From contig NW_021824954.1 in assembly GCF_006345805.1 (NCBI RefSeq), positions 485,516 to 549,515 of the forward strand: DNA of 64,000 nucleotides. The letters run 5' to 3'. A program made the translations under genes and the position numbers. Of the stretch, positions 49,901 to 61,995 are shown in pieces (the stretch's first letter is position 1; every line of letters begins with the position of its first letter). The notes under the pieces are model-generated. The model saw only the letters and a list, made by a program, of their open reading frames with translations, searched no databases and had not been told where the DNA came from. Source of the DNA: Octopus sinensis (Eukaryota).

Positions 49901-51808
49901 TTTCACCTCTAAGGATAGGGCTGAAAGTCCGAAAAATACAACATATTTGTAGTAACAGTAACTGATTACAGAGTTTTAACTATTGAGAAATTTAACTTAC
50001 AGAGGCAGTGTTTCTCATAGCGGAGGCGTTGATGAAACAGAAACTTCTTAGTGAGGTCGAGGATTTGTGAGGATTGAAATATGGTCTGGACAAGTAGCCA
50101 TAATATAATTAAGCTACGTATATATTGTCCTTTCTGCTCTCAAACTTATTCCAACTCTACCGAACTTTCTTTGTCTGCTTATTAATAAAGAACTCAAAAG
50201 ACTTTCACCGAGAACCTCTGTACCGAGGTGCTAACGATTCTGTCAGCTTGTCGCCTTGCTGTGCCAACACATTGAAACGTTCAGAAACTTCAGCCAACAA
50301 TGGAATATTTAATTATTCAGTAATTTAGCCTATCAAGGAAACAGTTAATTACAAATAACTCGTAAGACTCTTTACCCTACATATATATCTAAACACTTAA
50401 GATGTGTCCCCAGATGTCACACTAAACGAAACGGCACATACAGACCCATGCGCTGTCATATCAGAGCATAGATAGTGACCAGAGCTCTAATGGTTATTTC
50501 TAATATGATTAAAACACGTACGAGATGATGAAGATCGCCAAATGATTGAACAATCTAAAAGACTCGCTGTTGTACCTTTCAAGAACTTTATATCTTTAGA
50601 CACTTGACATAGTGTTACCTAGAAGATATGTTTGTTTACGACGTAGTTTTCTTATAAAATAATGAAGCATATTAGATTGATAAATTTTAATCACGAGTAC
50701 AAGCCATGAATTCGCTTGAAAAACAGCAGCGATAAGATAAAAAAGATTATTCCTGGGATAGGCAATTCTCTCTGCCTTAAGGCCCAGTCAGGGTCATTAG
50801 TATTAAACTGATTTACGTTTATCGTGATCTTGGTGATGCTCTTATTTAGGAATTCCCTTGTAATAATTCTTTCTGGTGTTATTGACTTTACAGTAGGGTC
50901 TTCCATCTAATTTTGGATATGTTGCCGTGCCAACTTTCGTGGCTCTTCAAACTCTTACTACCAACTTCTTCAAGTCGTCTACATTGGTATTTTGCATTCT
51001 TCCTTCATTGACCACTTCAACGATGTCGTTGATGACTGCTCGTACCCGTTTTTATTTTGAAATTCCAGAAATTCATTGAAGCTTTATTTCAGACTGTTAT
51101 CAAGATATAATATTTACCCTTCATGATATAGTAGGTTTTCTCTAATAGATTGTTTATTTTAGTCATCTTCAAGAAGTCGTGTAATAGTACAACGAAACAA
51201 GGAATACGCTCCCCATCTATAAGTTGTAATAAGGAATTAGTGTTTTATTGTGGGTAATCTATTTCGATTAGCAACGCATGTTTCAAGGCTGTCGAAATTC
51301 TGAGTGGCAGGTTCGAGCACCATCACTTATTAAAAATACCTAAGGTCTATGGCTATGTTCTTCGCAATATCTTTTCACTTCTGTACAAAATCAGTCTTAT
51401 GATATTCCTCAGCATTAGTCATGGTGCTTCTGAATGATAAAAAAACATTAGCTTTAGTTTGAAGTTACTTGGAGCAACTGATGTTTATATCTCTCGTGAG
51501 ACACTGACAAACTGAGACATGCATGCATAGACAGAAGCTATGTGTGTATTTCTGTACACCACTACAAAACGGTGGGTAGAGTTGCGTTCATTAATAACCA
51601 AACGTGTCTTGCACAAACGTAAGAGATCGGCGTGGCATCTTGGGAAAGTGTTTTCTACTATAGTGTCGGGCCGACTAAGGACTTGTGATGGGACTTGGTA
51701 GATGGTAACTTAAAGAGGCCTGTAGTACATACATTATTACATACATACATACATACATAATACATAACTACATACATATGTGTATATATATAATATAATA
51801 TTATATAT

Positions 51809-51856
<48 letters not shown>

Positions 51857-51859
51857 ATA

Positions 51860-51890
<31 letters not shown>

Positions 51891-51902
51891 AATAATATAT
51901 AT

Positions 51903-51935
<33 letters not shown>

Positions 51936-52050
51936 AAATATATAAATATATATAAATCTTTATATATATAGGCTATATATATATATTATATATAATATAT
52001 ATATATATACACATATATAATATATATATTTACACACATATGTATATATA

Positions 52051-52258
52051 TCTTTTACTTGTTTCAGTCATTTGACTGTGGCCATGCTGGAGCACCGCCT
52101 TTAGTCGAGTAAATCGACCCCAGGACTTATTCTTTGTAAGCCTAGTACTTATTCTATCGGTCTCTTTTGCCGAACGCTAGTTTACGGGGCCATAAACGAA
52201 CCAGCATCGGTTGTCAAGCGATGTTGGGAGTACAAACACAGACACACAAACATATACA

Positions 52259-52315
<57 letters not shown>

Positions 52316-52459
52316 TTACATACATACATATATACGACGGGCTTCTTTCAGTTTTCGTCTACCAAATCCACAAACAAGGCTTTGGTCGGCCCGAGGCTAT
52401 AGTAGAAGACAATTGCCCAAGGTGCCACGCAGTGGGAATGAACCCGGAACCATGTGTTG
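52051..52459 (-). mobile_element. SINE family 1, near full length
   Basis: Matches 20719-21112; the extreme 5' end is missing. Confidence 0.88.
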
Positions 52460-52463
52460 AAGC

Positions 52464-53178
52464 ATTGAATATTAATTTGATTAGTATCGATTAAAAACCA
52501 GTGGTCTAGCATATTGAAAAATCTGAAGATTCAGAAAAATTATATTACATACATAAAAGTGGGATGACCACTAAGTGGACATCCATTATGCTGGAAGTAG
52601 ACGCCCTATGATCTTCCCACTAAGAAAGGATTGTTCTCAAGAAAATTTAGCAAACGCCAGAAAGTAAGCGAGCAAGACAAATGAAAAGATACAAAATATA
52701 ACCTGATTTCGTTGCTACCACTTACGTAATTACTTACGTAATTGTCCGCAACTCATCAGTGAGATCATCAAAGCAAAATATAATTTGCAGAACTATGCAC
52801 GAGGCGTCCGCATGAGATTGAATATGTATACAGTTCTACCAATTACATTTAGGGTTATCTTTCAAAAGTCTTCGTTTTGGCGCGCCAAAATACCGGAAAT
52901 AATTTTGCAGAAAATAATTCTCCGTAGTGAATTTTGCCGGTTAGAGACTATAGTTATTTAAATTTTAATTTAAAATAGTAAAGGTGAAAAATTGAATATT
53001 AATTTAATATTAATTTAAAACCAGTGGTGTAGCATATTGAAAAATCTGAAGATTCAGAAAAATTATATTACATACATATAAGAGGGATGACCACTAAGCG
53101 GACATCCATTATGCTAGAAGTAGACCCCCTATGGTCTTACCACTAAAAAAGATTGTTCCCAAGGGAATTTAGCAAACG
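52464..53178 (+). repeat. Diverged ~190-bp direct repeats (52464-52656 and 52991-53178)
   Basis: Both run attgaatattaattt...gcatattgaaaaatctgaagattcagaaaaatt...atttagcaaacg; period ~527 bp. Confidence 0.85.
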
Positions 53179-53509
53179 TCTTTGGCTGCAGTTTCATGTA
53201 GGTGATGTGGTTTAGCACCAGGTCAGTTTTGATTGAGCAAACCCCATGATTAAAATCATTGCAAATCATCCCAAAACGCTTTACTTTTTGTCTTTTAGAT
53301 AAGGTGATTCCTAGACTGCGTCATTTAATATGTTCTTTTGTTAATATGATTAGTTGTCATTTAAGAGCGAGTTCGTAGCTCTTTCTTACTGGTCAAGAGA
53401 TAACTAATCGGTTGTTTTCACTGAATAGGTCTTCTAGATGTATGTACATATATATGTATGTATGTATGTATGTATGTTGTGTGTGTGTGTGTGTGTGTGG
53501 TGTGTGTGT

Positions 53510-53544
<35 letters not shown>

Positions 53545-54089
53545 CGTGTTGGTTTCGTCTACTTATATTACAGAAACAACGGGGCTGCCGAATGTACGGG
53601 GAAAGTTTACTGGAAGCAACAGCTGGAAGGTTTCTCAGAGAAGAAGTCAGAGAAATACAGGTTTGTACGTATATTTAGCAGAAGAGATGCTACAGGTGAG
53701 ACTGAATGAAAGTGAGAGTAGCAGTGAGAGGAAAACTAAAGAAAAAAAAAAGACGCGCGCATACGTACACACAATCACTAATATAAAAATATATGTGTGC
53801 ATGTATGTATGTGTGTGCATATGTGCGCGCGCGCGTGTGTGTGTATTTCTGCATAGTTTTAAACTGAAGATCAAAAGGAGCCTAGTTCACACGGAGGTTT
53901 CGGCACCTGGTGAGTGGTCTATACAGTGTAAATACCAATGCCCCAGCGTGGCCACTGGTTCTGGGCTGCAACATGTTAAACATAAAGGAATAAATTATAT
54001 TCTAGATACTTATTGGGATACAGATACATACAAACCTGTACCTATACCTACATACATACGTACATATATATATGTATATACATGCATAC

Positions 54090-54124
<35 letters not shown>

Positions 54125-54319
54125 CATATTATATATGCGCGCGCTGTGTGTGTGTATGTATGTATGTATATATGTATAAATATATATATATATATATATA
54201 CATAAAGTTTATAATTATACCATATGTTTACATAATATATATATATATATATATATACATACACATATGTGTATATATATATATAATATATATATATATT
54301 ATATATATATATATACATA

Positions 54320-54876
54320 TATAATTAATTAATAAGGGTGAGAGAATTAGATACTAATTTAATAGTATATCTATCACACCAAGTGGCCTAGTGCTCCGAG
54401 AAACCTGGATTATATAATATTTTATAATATATTACATATTTATACAAAATAAATATAAGAGAGTGTCACTATATGGCTCACTCTAGCACCAGTTAATCCA
54501 AAAGGTTTCCCACAAAAATACATGTTTCCCATGAAGTCAATACGATTGTTAGCTCACCACGGACAGGGCAAATAAAAAATAACAAAATACAGATTATAAT
54601 CTGTTTTTTGTTATTTTTATTTGCCCTGTCCGTGTGAGCTAACAATCGTATTGACTTTCATGGGAAACATGTATTTTTGTGGTTGAAACCTTTTGGATTA
54701 ACTGGTGCTAGAGTGAGCCATATAGTGACCACTCTCTTATATTTATTTGTATAAATATTGTAATATATTATAAAATATTATAATAATCCAGGTTTCTCGG
54801 AGCACTAGGCCACTTGGTGTGAATAGATATACTATTAAATTAGTATCTAATTCTCTCACCCTTATAATTAATTATA
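54320..54876. repeat. ~557-bp spacer-less palindrome of PLE-like terminal sequence
   Basis: Centre cagatta|taatctg at 54596/54597; arms differ mainly by 1-bp indels. Confidence 0.92.
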
Positions 54877-55042
54877 ATTATGCTGCATTTATTTCTAAAT
54901 GCTGTATTTGTTTTCCGTGAAGTTTGGCGCGCTGTTAGTTGGGGCATTTGAATATAACGTCGGATGTAATCAATTGAACCACACGCGTATTTATCGTTAT
55001 GGTAAAATCTGGCGTGTGATTGAGTGGATTTCATCCAGATAG

Positions 55043-55121
55043 TTTGGCTGACGAGCTACAAGTGGATTTTTTTGTAAGTAAAATTACATTTAATTCATTA
55101 ATAGCGAAACAATTGTCCAAA
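55043..55121 (+). ncRNA. Type-I hammerhead ribozyme motif (fourth family)
   Basis: UUUGG-CUGACGA-GCUA-(long AU-rich loop)-UAGC-GAA-ACAAUUGU-C-CAAA. The register of stem I around C17 is ambiguous. Confidence 0.7.
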
Positions 55122-55276
55122 ATAATCTGTATTTTTGTTATTTTTTATTTGCCCTGTCCGTGTGAGCTAACAATCGTATTGACTTTCATGGGAAACATGT
55201 ATTTTTGTGGTTGAAACCTTTTGGATTAACTGGTGCTAGAGTGAGCCATATAGTGACCACTCTCTTATATTTATTT
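55122..55276 (+). repeat. Third copy of the palindrome arm (first ~155 bp)
   Basis: Near-identical to 54596-54748; ends in (TA)n. Confidence 0.92.
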
Positions 55277-55522
55277 TATATATATATATATATACATATA
55301 TATACATATATATACATATGTATATGTAAATATAAATACTACCAGTAAGTTATATTCTATATACATTTATATTCATGCCCGTATATATTTACAGTTATGT
55401 AAATATATTTACATATTATATAAAGGATATGTACATATATGTATACATACATACATATATATGTGTATATATACCTATATATATAACACATACACATATA
55501 TATATATATGTATACATATAAA

Positions 55523-55574
<52 letters not shown>

Positions 55575-55798
55575 ATGTATGTATGTATGTATACGTGTCT
55601 GTGTGTCTGGTTAGATACGCGCGCACACACACACGCAATCGTTTATATGTGTGTGTGTGTGCGCGCGCATGTGGCGCAGGCCTTGCACTCAGCTTACCCC
55701 AGTAATTTTCCATGACGCAACCGCACCATCACTAGCAGCAGTGGCAGTAATAGTAGTGACCGCAGTTATGAACTGCAACACTCTTCAGCAGCAACGTT

Positions 55799-55834
<36 letters not shown>

Positions 55835-56834
55835 AGAAGAAGAAGAAGAAGATGTAGAAGAAGACGAAGTAGAAGAAGGAGTGATGAGGAGGTGAATAAA
55901 GAATAAAAGGAAGCGGGAGACGAAATCGTAGGGTCAGGCTGTTACCTTGAAATACAAAACTCGTTATTTAGCCAGACCAAAAACGGTCGCTCGAACCGCT
56001 GGCAATAATAACTAAATTTCCCTCCAATCTCCCCCACCACACAAACCGTCTGAAAAAGATTTTTTTAAAAACCTATCGGATAATATAATCCTAGTTATAC
56101 AATATCTGAAAACCATGTAAGGGTAGGATAGCGGGAGAGAATAACAGGTGACAGTAATGGAAATAGCTGAGGTGGCAAATAAGACATGATTAAGGCACCG
56201 ATGGTTAGATTCCAACCGTGACCGTCTCTTCGCTTTGTATATCCAGGACTGTATTGCCTTGGTAGTGGTGGGAGTAGTAGTAATAGTAATGGTGGTTGTC
56301 AGGCAAATGATTAAATACATACCAGCCATGACCATCACGACCTTCTCCCCGTCCTTTTATACCTAGGACTACATTATTTAATAATTTCGAAGATGGTAGG
56401 ATACAATATGGCGGAAATTTGGGGGATGCTATTTCTAATCGCTAGGTGACCACGTAGGGGCTCTTGTAGTCGAAGTAGTGTTAGGGTAAAGCGGGATATT
56501 GATTGTGCTGGCGGTAGGACGATGGTAGATTATGACAAATAGTAGTAGTAGTAGTAGTTTTAGTACTAGATACAGTGGTGATCATGTGTTCTTTTTAGTG
56601 TTTAGCTCTACAGCCAGCTGTGATCGATGGGACGTTTATATATTTAAAGGTGTTTTACACGTGCCTCCGCCCTCAACTTTATTTATATTGTTTGTTTATC
56701 AGAATACAATACAATGTACAGCCATCCATCTCTCACTTACTCACTAGCATGGCTTGCTAGCATGTACCATGCTTTCGCCAATTGTTTTAGGTGCCTATAA
56801 ATCGGCAATCAGAAATAGATCTCCCCTTATCTAT

Positions 56835-56916
<82 letters not shown>

Positions 56917-58946
56917 GGGGATGAGAAAGAAACTTGCATCATCGCCTGGTATTCATTTTTATACAAGTAGACTGGAATATGTAATAAAGTGCTCAAAGTC
57001 AGGAATTGAATCCACAACCTTATGATCCTAAGTCGAACATTCTCGCCTAATGGCCCTTCATCTAATGTACGATAGGATGTGATTTAAGGGAGGGAGCTTC
57101 CTTGTTGGCTATAATAATAATAGTAGTAGTTAATGGTGGTGGTGGGAGTAGGTGATCCTGTTTATTGCTGTTGCTGTTTAGCCCCAGGATAGATCTGCTC
57201 GAATACAGTAGAATTATGATGAAAGTTATTCCAGCGGTGATACCGAAGTATCTAATTTTTAGCAGACTCTTTACCTAGGGTCATATTAAAATATCCTTTC
57301 TTTTTTGAGATGGTGTGTGTGATATGAAGAAAATTTGGCTGCTAATTTTAGCAGATCAACGAGGCCTGACTGAAAATCTATGATTAAATGCGTTATTCTC
57401 ATGGCCATCTCATCTTTCTCTCCCAAATATATCTCACCCCCTCCTTTTCAAGATAGTAGGGTGTAATTTTAAAGAAATTTCACTATTATTTCTGGCAAGG
57501 GTACATTGGTCCCTGGAAAGCTCCCGCTTTGGCTCATGTGATAAACACTGTCTGAGCAAGGAATTGAATTCCCGTGTCCTGGATGTCATGTGAAGATGTT
57601 TTCCCCTGTCCTTTCAACGATCTACTTATGTTGTTTGGTACCGAGTCAGTTCTGGGCTTATGCAGTAATTTATGGTTCAAAGCATGAGTTGATCATAAAC
57701 ACGTTACCCGTTTTATGATGGCGAATATGGAGAGGATTTGAGGTAAAATTTTTCCACTAATTCTTGTTGATAGAATGCACGTAGATATTTCCTTATTGGA
57801 TCATACTCATACGGTAGCCAGTTGTGGGGAAAGTAGTCGGGAACAGTTTTGTAAGTTAATTGTAAGGGTGTTAATGCTTAGTCAGTTAAAGCGCGTGCTC
57901 CAGTGAATAATGGAGTTCAGTTCACAATTATATGACTTCAATTTCTGGACCGAACGCTGCGTTTTTGAGCAAGATACTTCAGTTCACATTGCTCCAGTCT
58001 ACTCAGCTGTAAACGGGTGGTAAGCTCTCTCCCTCTATCCTCTATCTCTAGCTGTCACATACTGGGGATGTTAAGAGAGTTGGGTTCTCAAAGGTGCTTT
58101 GGCACATTGGTGTACTTATAACGTTATGATTAACAGAGCTATGATAAAAGGCATTAAGGCTTTGACCATTGGTTTTAATATCGCTGTTATCTAATGTGAT
58201 TTATCTTGAAAGGCAAAATTTGAGGGGAATTTGATTATTGATTCTAGTTGGTCGAGCGATTACATTGAGATGTTTGAGAAAAAGGTTTGTTCTTTTTTTG
58301 TATGGAATTCACACAGTTTATGTTATTCCATTATTTCATAAGAATAAAAAGCTTTCATTTTCTGGCTACTGCATCGGACCAAGCTGCTACAAATATATAT
58401 ATATACAAGATTCAGGAATCAATGCTTGAGAAAGGAATATAACTTATAAATATGACTATGGCAAGATAGACAACTCAGTAGAAATGTTTTCTTTCAAGGG
58501 ACATAACCGATTGAAGAAAAGCTACTTTTCTAAGGCATGGGAGTAATTACGAGGATCCTATATTTCTATTTATTTGCGAATACTGCTTGTAAAATCGTTT
58601 TAAAATACAGGATGTCCGTAAGTTGTTTTTACAATTTGAAAATTTCAGGAGAAAAAAAAACAAACTCAAGCAGAGTTTATTGTTAATCATAGGCAAACAA
58701 ATAAAGTTTTATTAGAAACATCAGAATACTTTCATGTGGACTCAATTTGCTGCACACAACCTGCTGGGTTATCTTCTTTTTTTGTGAATTTCTTTAAATT
58801 GTAAAATAATTTATGGACCCTCCTCTATGTTGTATTCAGGGTACTGAAGTAAAATAAATGTTTCAGCAAAAGTAAAACGTAAAATACAAGCAAAATTACT
58901 GACAGAATACAAAGTAGTAATGGAACTGTCTTTAAATTCTGTAAAT

Positions 58947-59142
58947 CTGACCAACCAATGTGTTGTGAGTGAATTTGGTAGACAGAAACTGTTTGGAAGC
59001 CCGTCGTATACATTCATACATGCATACATACATACGTACATACATACACACGTACGTACATACATACATACACACACACATACATACACACATACGTACA
59101 TACATACATACATACACACACACATACATACACACATACACA

Positions 59143-59183
<41 letters not shown>

Positions 59184-59272
59184 ACACACACACACACCAC
59201 ACATACACACATACATACATACATACATACATACATACATGCATGCATGCATGCATGCATACATACATACAT

Positions 59273-59305
<33 letters not shown>

Positions 59306-59527
59306 TATAATGTAACTGCTAAGCTACGAGAACCTAATAAAACCAACAGTAGTTGTCTAGTGGTGCGGAGAGGAACACGCGCGCGCGCACACACACACAC
59401 CATTAAAATAAATACCAAACTTTAGAATAAATAAAAGTTCTGGAGTCAATTTGTTCGACTACATCCTGTAAGGCGATGCCCCAGCATGGCTGCAGTTCAG
59501 TGTCAGAAATAGTTAAAAGATAAAAGA
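58947..59527 (+). mobile_element. Old SINE family 1 copy with an expanded (~390 bp) internal microsatellite
   Basis: Body remnant ttgtgagtgaatttggtagacagaaactg...aagcccgtcg, then (CATA)/(CA)n, then tail remnant ccagcatggctgcag...aaaagataaaagat. Confidence 0.6.
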
Positions 59528-60329
59528 TGCCGTTTCTCTTTTAAAGAAAGGACATTTAAATAATGTAGTTTTCGATACAGATAAAGATATGTTTATGGCT
59601 AGAATACCTTTGATAGCAACGTTTGCTCAATCAAAAAAATCTAGGATTAAACAATATGAACACCAACAGTGGATATCTTTTCATCAGTTAATTTAATGAA
59701 TACAAAATCTGAAGGACTGCTTCTCAAAAAAGTAAATCTATTTCAGTGCTTTCCCCGCTTTTCATAGCGCGGTGTCCCTTTTCATGGAATGATAGAAAAG
59801 TTTTGCGAGGCGGGAATGGAGAGGAATGGTCAGTATATTTTTCAAACAGGAGCTTTTTTTCAAACGATATAGAAGCTATCTCGTAGGCACACAGACTGCT
59901 CTTTCCTTTTCTTCTCTTATTCAAAATCTTTTAGTAGGTTATGATATGTAGTTTGTGCCTGATGGATATGTCTGAGGTATTTCTCAACATATGAAACTAT
60001 TAGTAGTACTTAAAGACATGTATTATGTCCCTTAAATAATACTTATCTCTCACCAGATGGATACTTCTTTTGATGATCTTTCTATCACAGAACAGTACAT
60101 TATATATAGGGTAAACAAGAGAGACAGAGACAGCCAGAAACAAAGAAAATGCCACATGTATCTGAACACTATACAAATATTCTTTTAAAAAAATGTTCTT
60201 TTAATTTTTCTAAATTAAATTAATTGTTACAGTTGAAAAAGTCACAATGACTGAAACCGGTAATGAAATGTTTTTTATAACATTATTTTAGCATTTTCTA
60301 TCTTGACTTTTTTTCCATATATATATATA

Positions 60330-61160
60330 CTAGCAGTATAACCCGGCCTTGCCCGGGATTAATTTACGACTATTAAGCTAGTCAAGTTCTTTATTTCAAA
60401 CCAAACTAAGTAATATCGACTCTCAACAAAGCACTTTTTTACTCGGCGTAAACTAAAAACAAAAACTCTTTCACACCCAAAGTATGTGTGTGAGAGAGAG
60501 GGGGAGAAAGATGAACGATTTATAATAAATAAATGATTTAAAATGAATATATTGTAATTGTTGTGTGAGGCAGTATATATACTATGATTATAAAATATAG
60601 TGTCTTTCAAAAACATCTTGAATTTGAACACTATATCTCGTGTTTAAAAAAACACAAAACATGTTACATTTCATTTTTTTATGAACGTCGTCACTTACTC
60701 TCTCTCCCTCTCTCTATCTCTCACTTTGTCTTCCCCCTTTTTTTTGGACGCCGTGAAACTCTCTTCCACTTTTCCTTATCTTATTTTTTTTGTTAGACGC
60801 CGTCAAAAAGCTAAGGCTGAAAATAGATTTTTATGAACGTCGTCACTTACTCTCTCTCTCTCTCTCTCTCTCTCTCACTTTGTCTTTCCCGTGAAACTCT
60901 CTGCCCCTCTTCCACTTTTCTTTATTTTATTTTTTTTTTCTTAGACTCCCTCAAAAAGCTATGGCTGGTATTTTTTTATGGCTAAAAGCTATGGCTGAAA
61001 ATCAAATTTTACCGCAATCCGCGGGAGCTTCGGGGAAAAAATGTTGACAAAACCCAGATAGGTTGTTGACGAATGTCCTCCTAAAATTTGAGCGACATGC
61101 GTGCTAATTTGTGGATGTGCAAATAACTACAATCACGTACACACACACACACACACACAC
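60330..61160 (-). mobile_element. Non-autonomous Helitron-like element (family D), 5' end not seen
   Basis: 3' end cccgggcaaggccgggttatactgCTAG|T at 60330; ~61100-61140 (tgctaatttgtgga.gtgca...cacgtacac) matches the reverse complement of ~9660-9705. Confidence 0.6.
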
Positions 61161-61162
61161 AC

Positions 61163-61794
61163 GATAACATTAATTCTGTTATTATCCAGTGCAACTATTT
61201 TAAAAAATGATAACAGAATCAATAAAATAGGCGATTGCAGGCTCCCAAAAAGCATTAAACAGCAGAAGGATTAAGATTAATCAAAGGACATATTAAGTAT
61301 GTCTATCTGCTGGAAATAACAGCCAAAACTCATTTAAATAACCAAAATACATTGATGATAACTACAGAAATAAGCCGAAGGTAAATCAGGTTAACACAAT
61401 CTCCCAACGTACATTTCAGTGTTTGGATTCACGTGGACCGGTTTCTGCACTGGCAAAAATAGCCTCCGCTTCCTCAGAACGAGTTACCATAATAGAGACT
61501 CCCAACCTGTCGTTTTAAAGTCAGCGCTGCAACTGATTCGTTTTGCGCCGAAATCATGGCAGCCACCAGTGTGAAAATAATCTCGATACGGGGAGATTCA
61601 CGAGAAAAAATATTCATGAAAAATTTACTTGCGAAGATAACATTAATTCTGTTATTATCCAGTGCAACTATTTAAAACAATAATAACAGAATCAATAAAA
61701 TAGGCGATTGCAGCCCTCCCCCAGAAGCATTAAATAGCTGAAGGATTAAAATTAATCAAAGACATACTAGGTATGTCTACCTGCTAGCAATAAC
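61163..61794 (+). repeat. Diverged ~158-bp direct repeats (61163-61320 and 61636-61794)
   Basis: Both start gataacattaattctgttattatccagtgcaacta and end ctgct.g.aataac; period 473 bp. Confidence 0.85.
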
Positions 61795-61804
61795 AAAAAA
61801 AATT

Positions 61805-61995
61805 TCCGGGACGTCCTACGTCCCAGATATAAAGGTGAAAATAAAATATTTTCACTTTGCAAGTTCGAGTCGAGTACTCCCTTGCACGCTCCGTTGACTC
61901 GAACCTTGCTTCTATTGTGGCGAATTTACCGCCTCTGATTAAGTACCTTTCATAGTCGCACAAGACACTTCTCAAAGGTGCTTTCCTCCATGTTG
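61805..61995 (-). pseudogene. L1/Tx1 ORF1 fragment
   Basis: RYLIRGGKFATIEARFESTERAREYS and, after a frameshift, SENILFSPLYLGRRTSR align to RHVVRGARSATVEAHFDSADVAREVS and SEDIMLLPTYMGKRTAK in ORF 7294..8103. Confidence 0.7.

Noticed and set aside
49613-49912. ORF with poly-His, Tyr, Thr and Pro runs
   Set aside because: Trinucleotide repeat tract with no splice or domain support.
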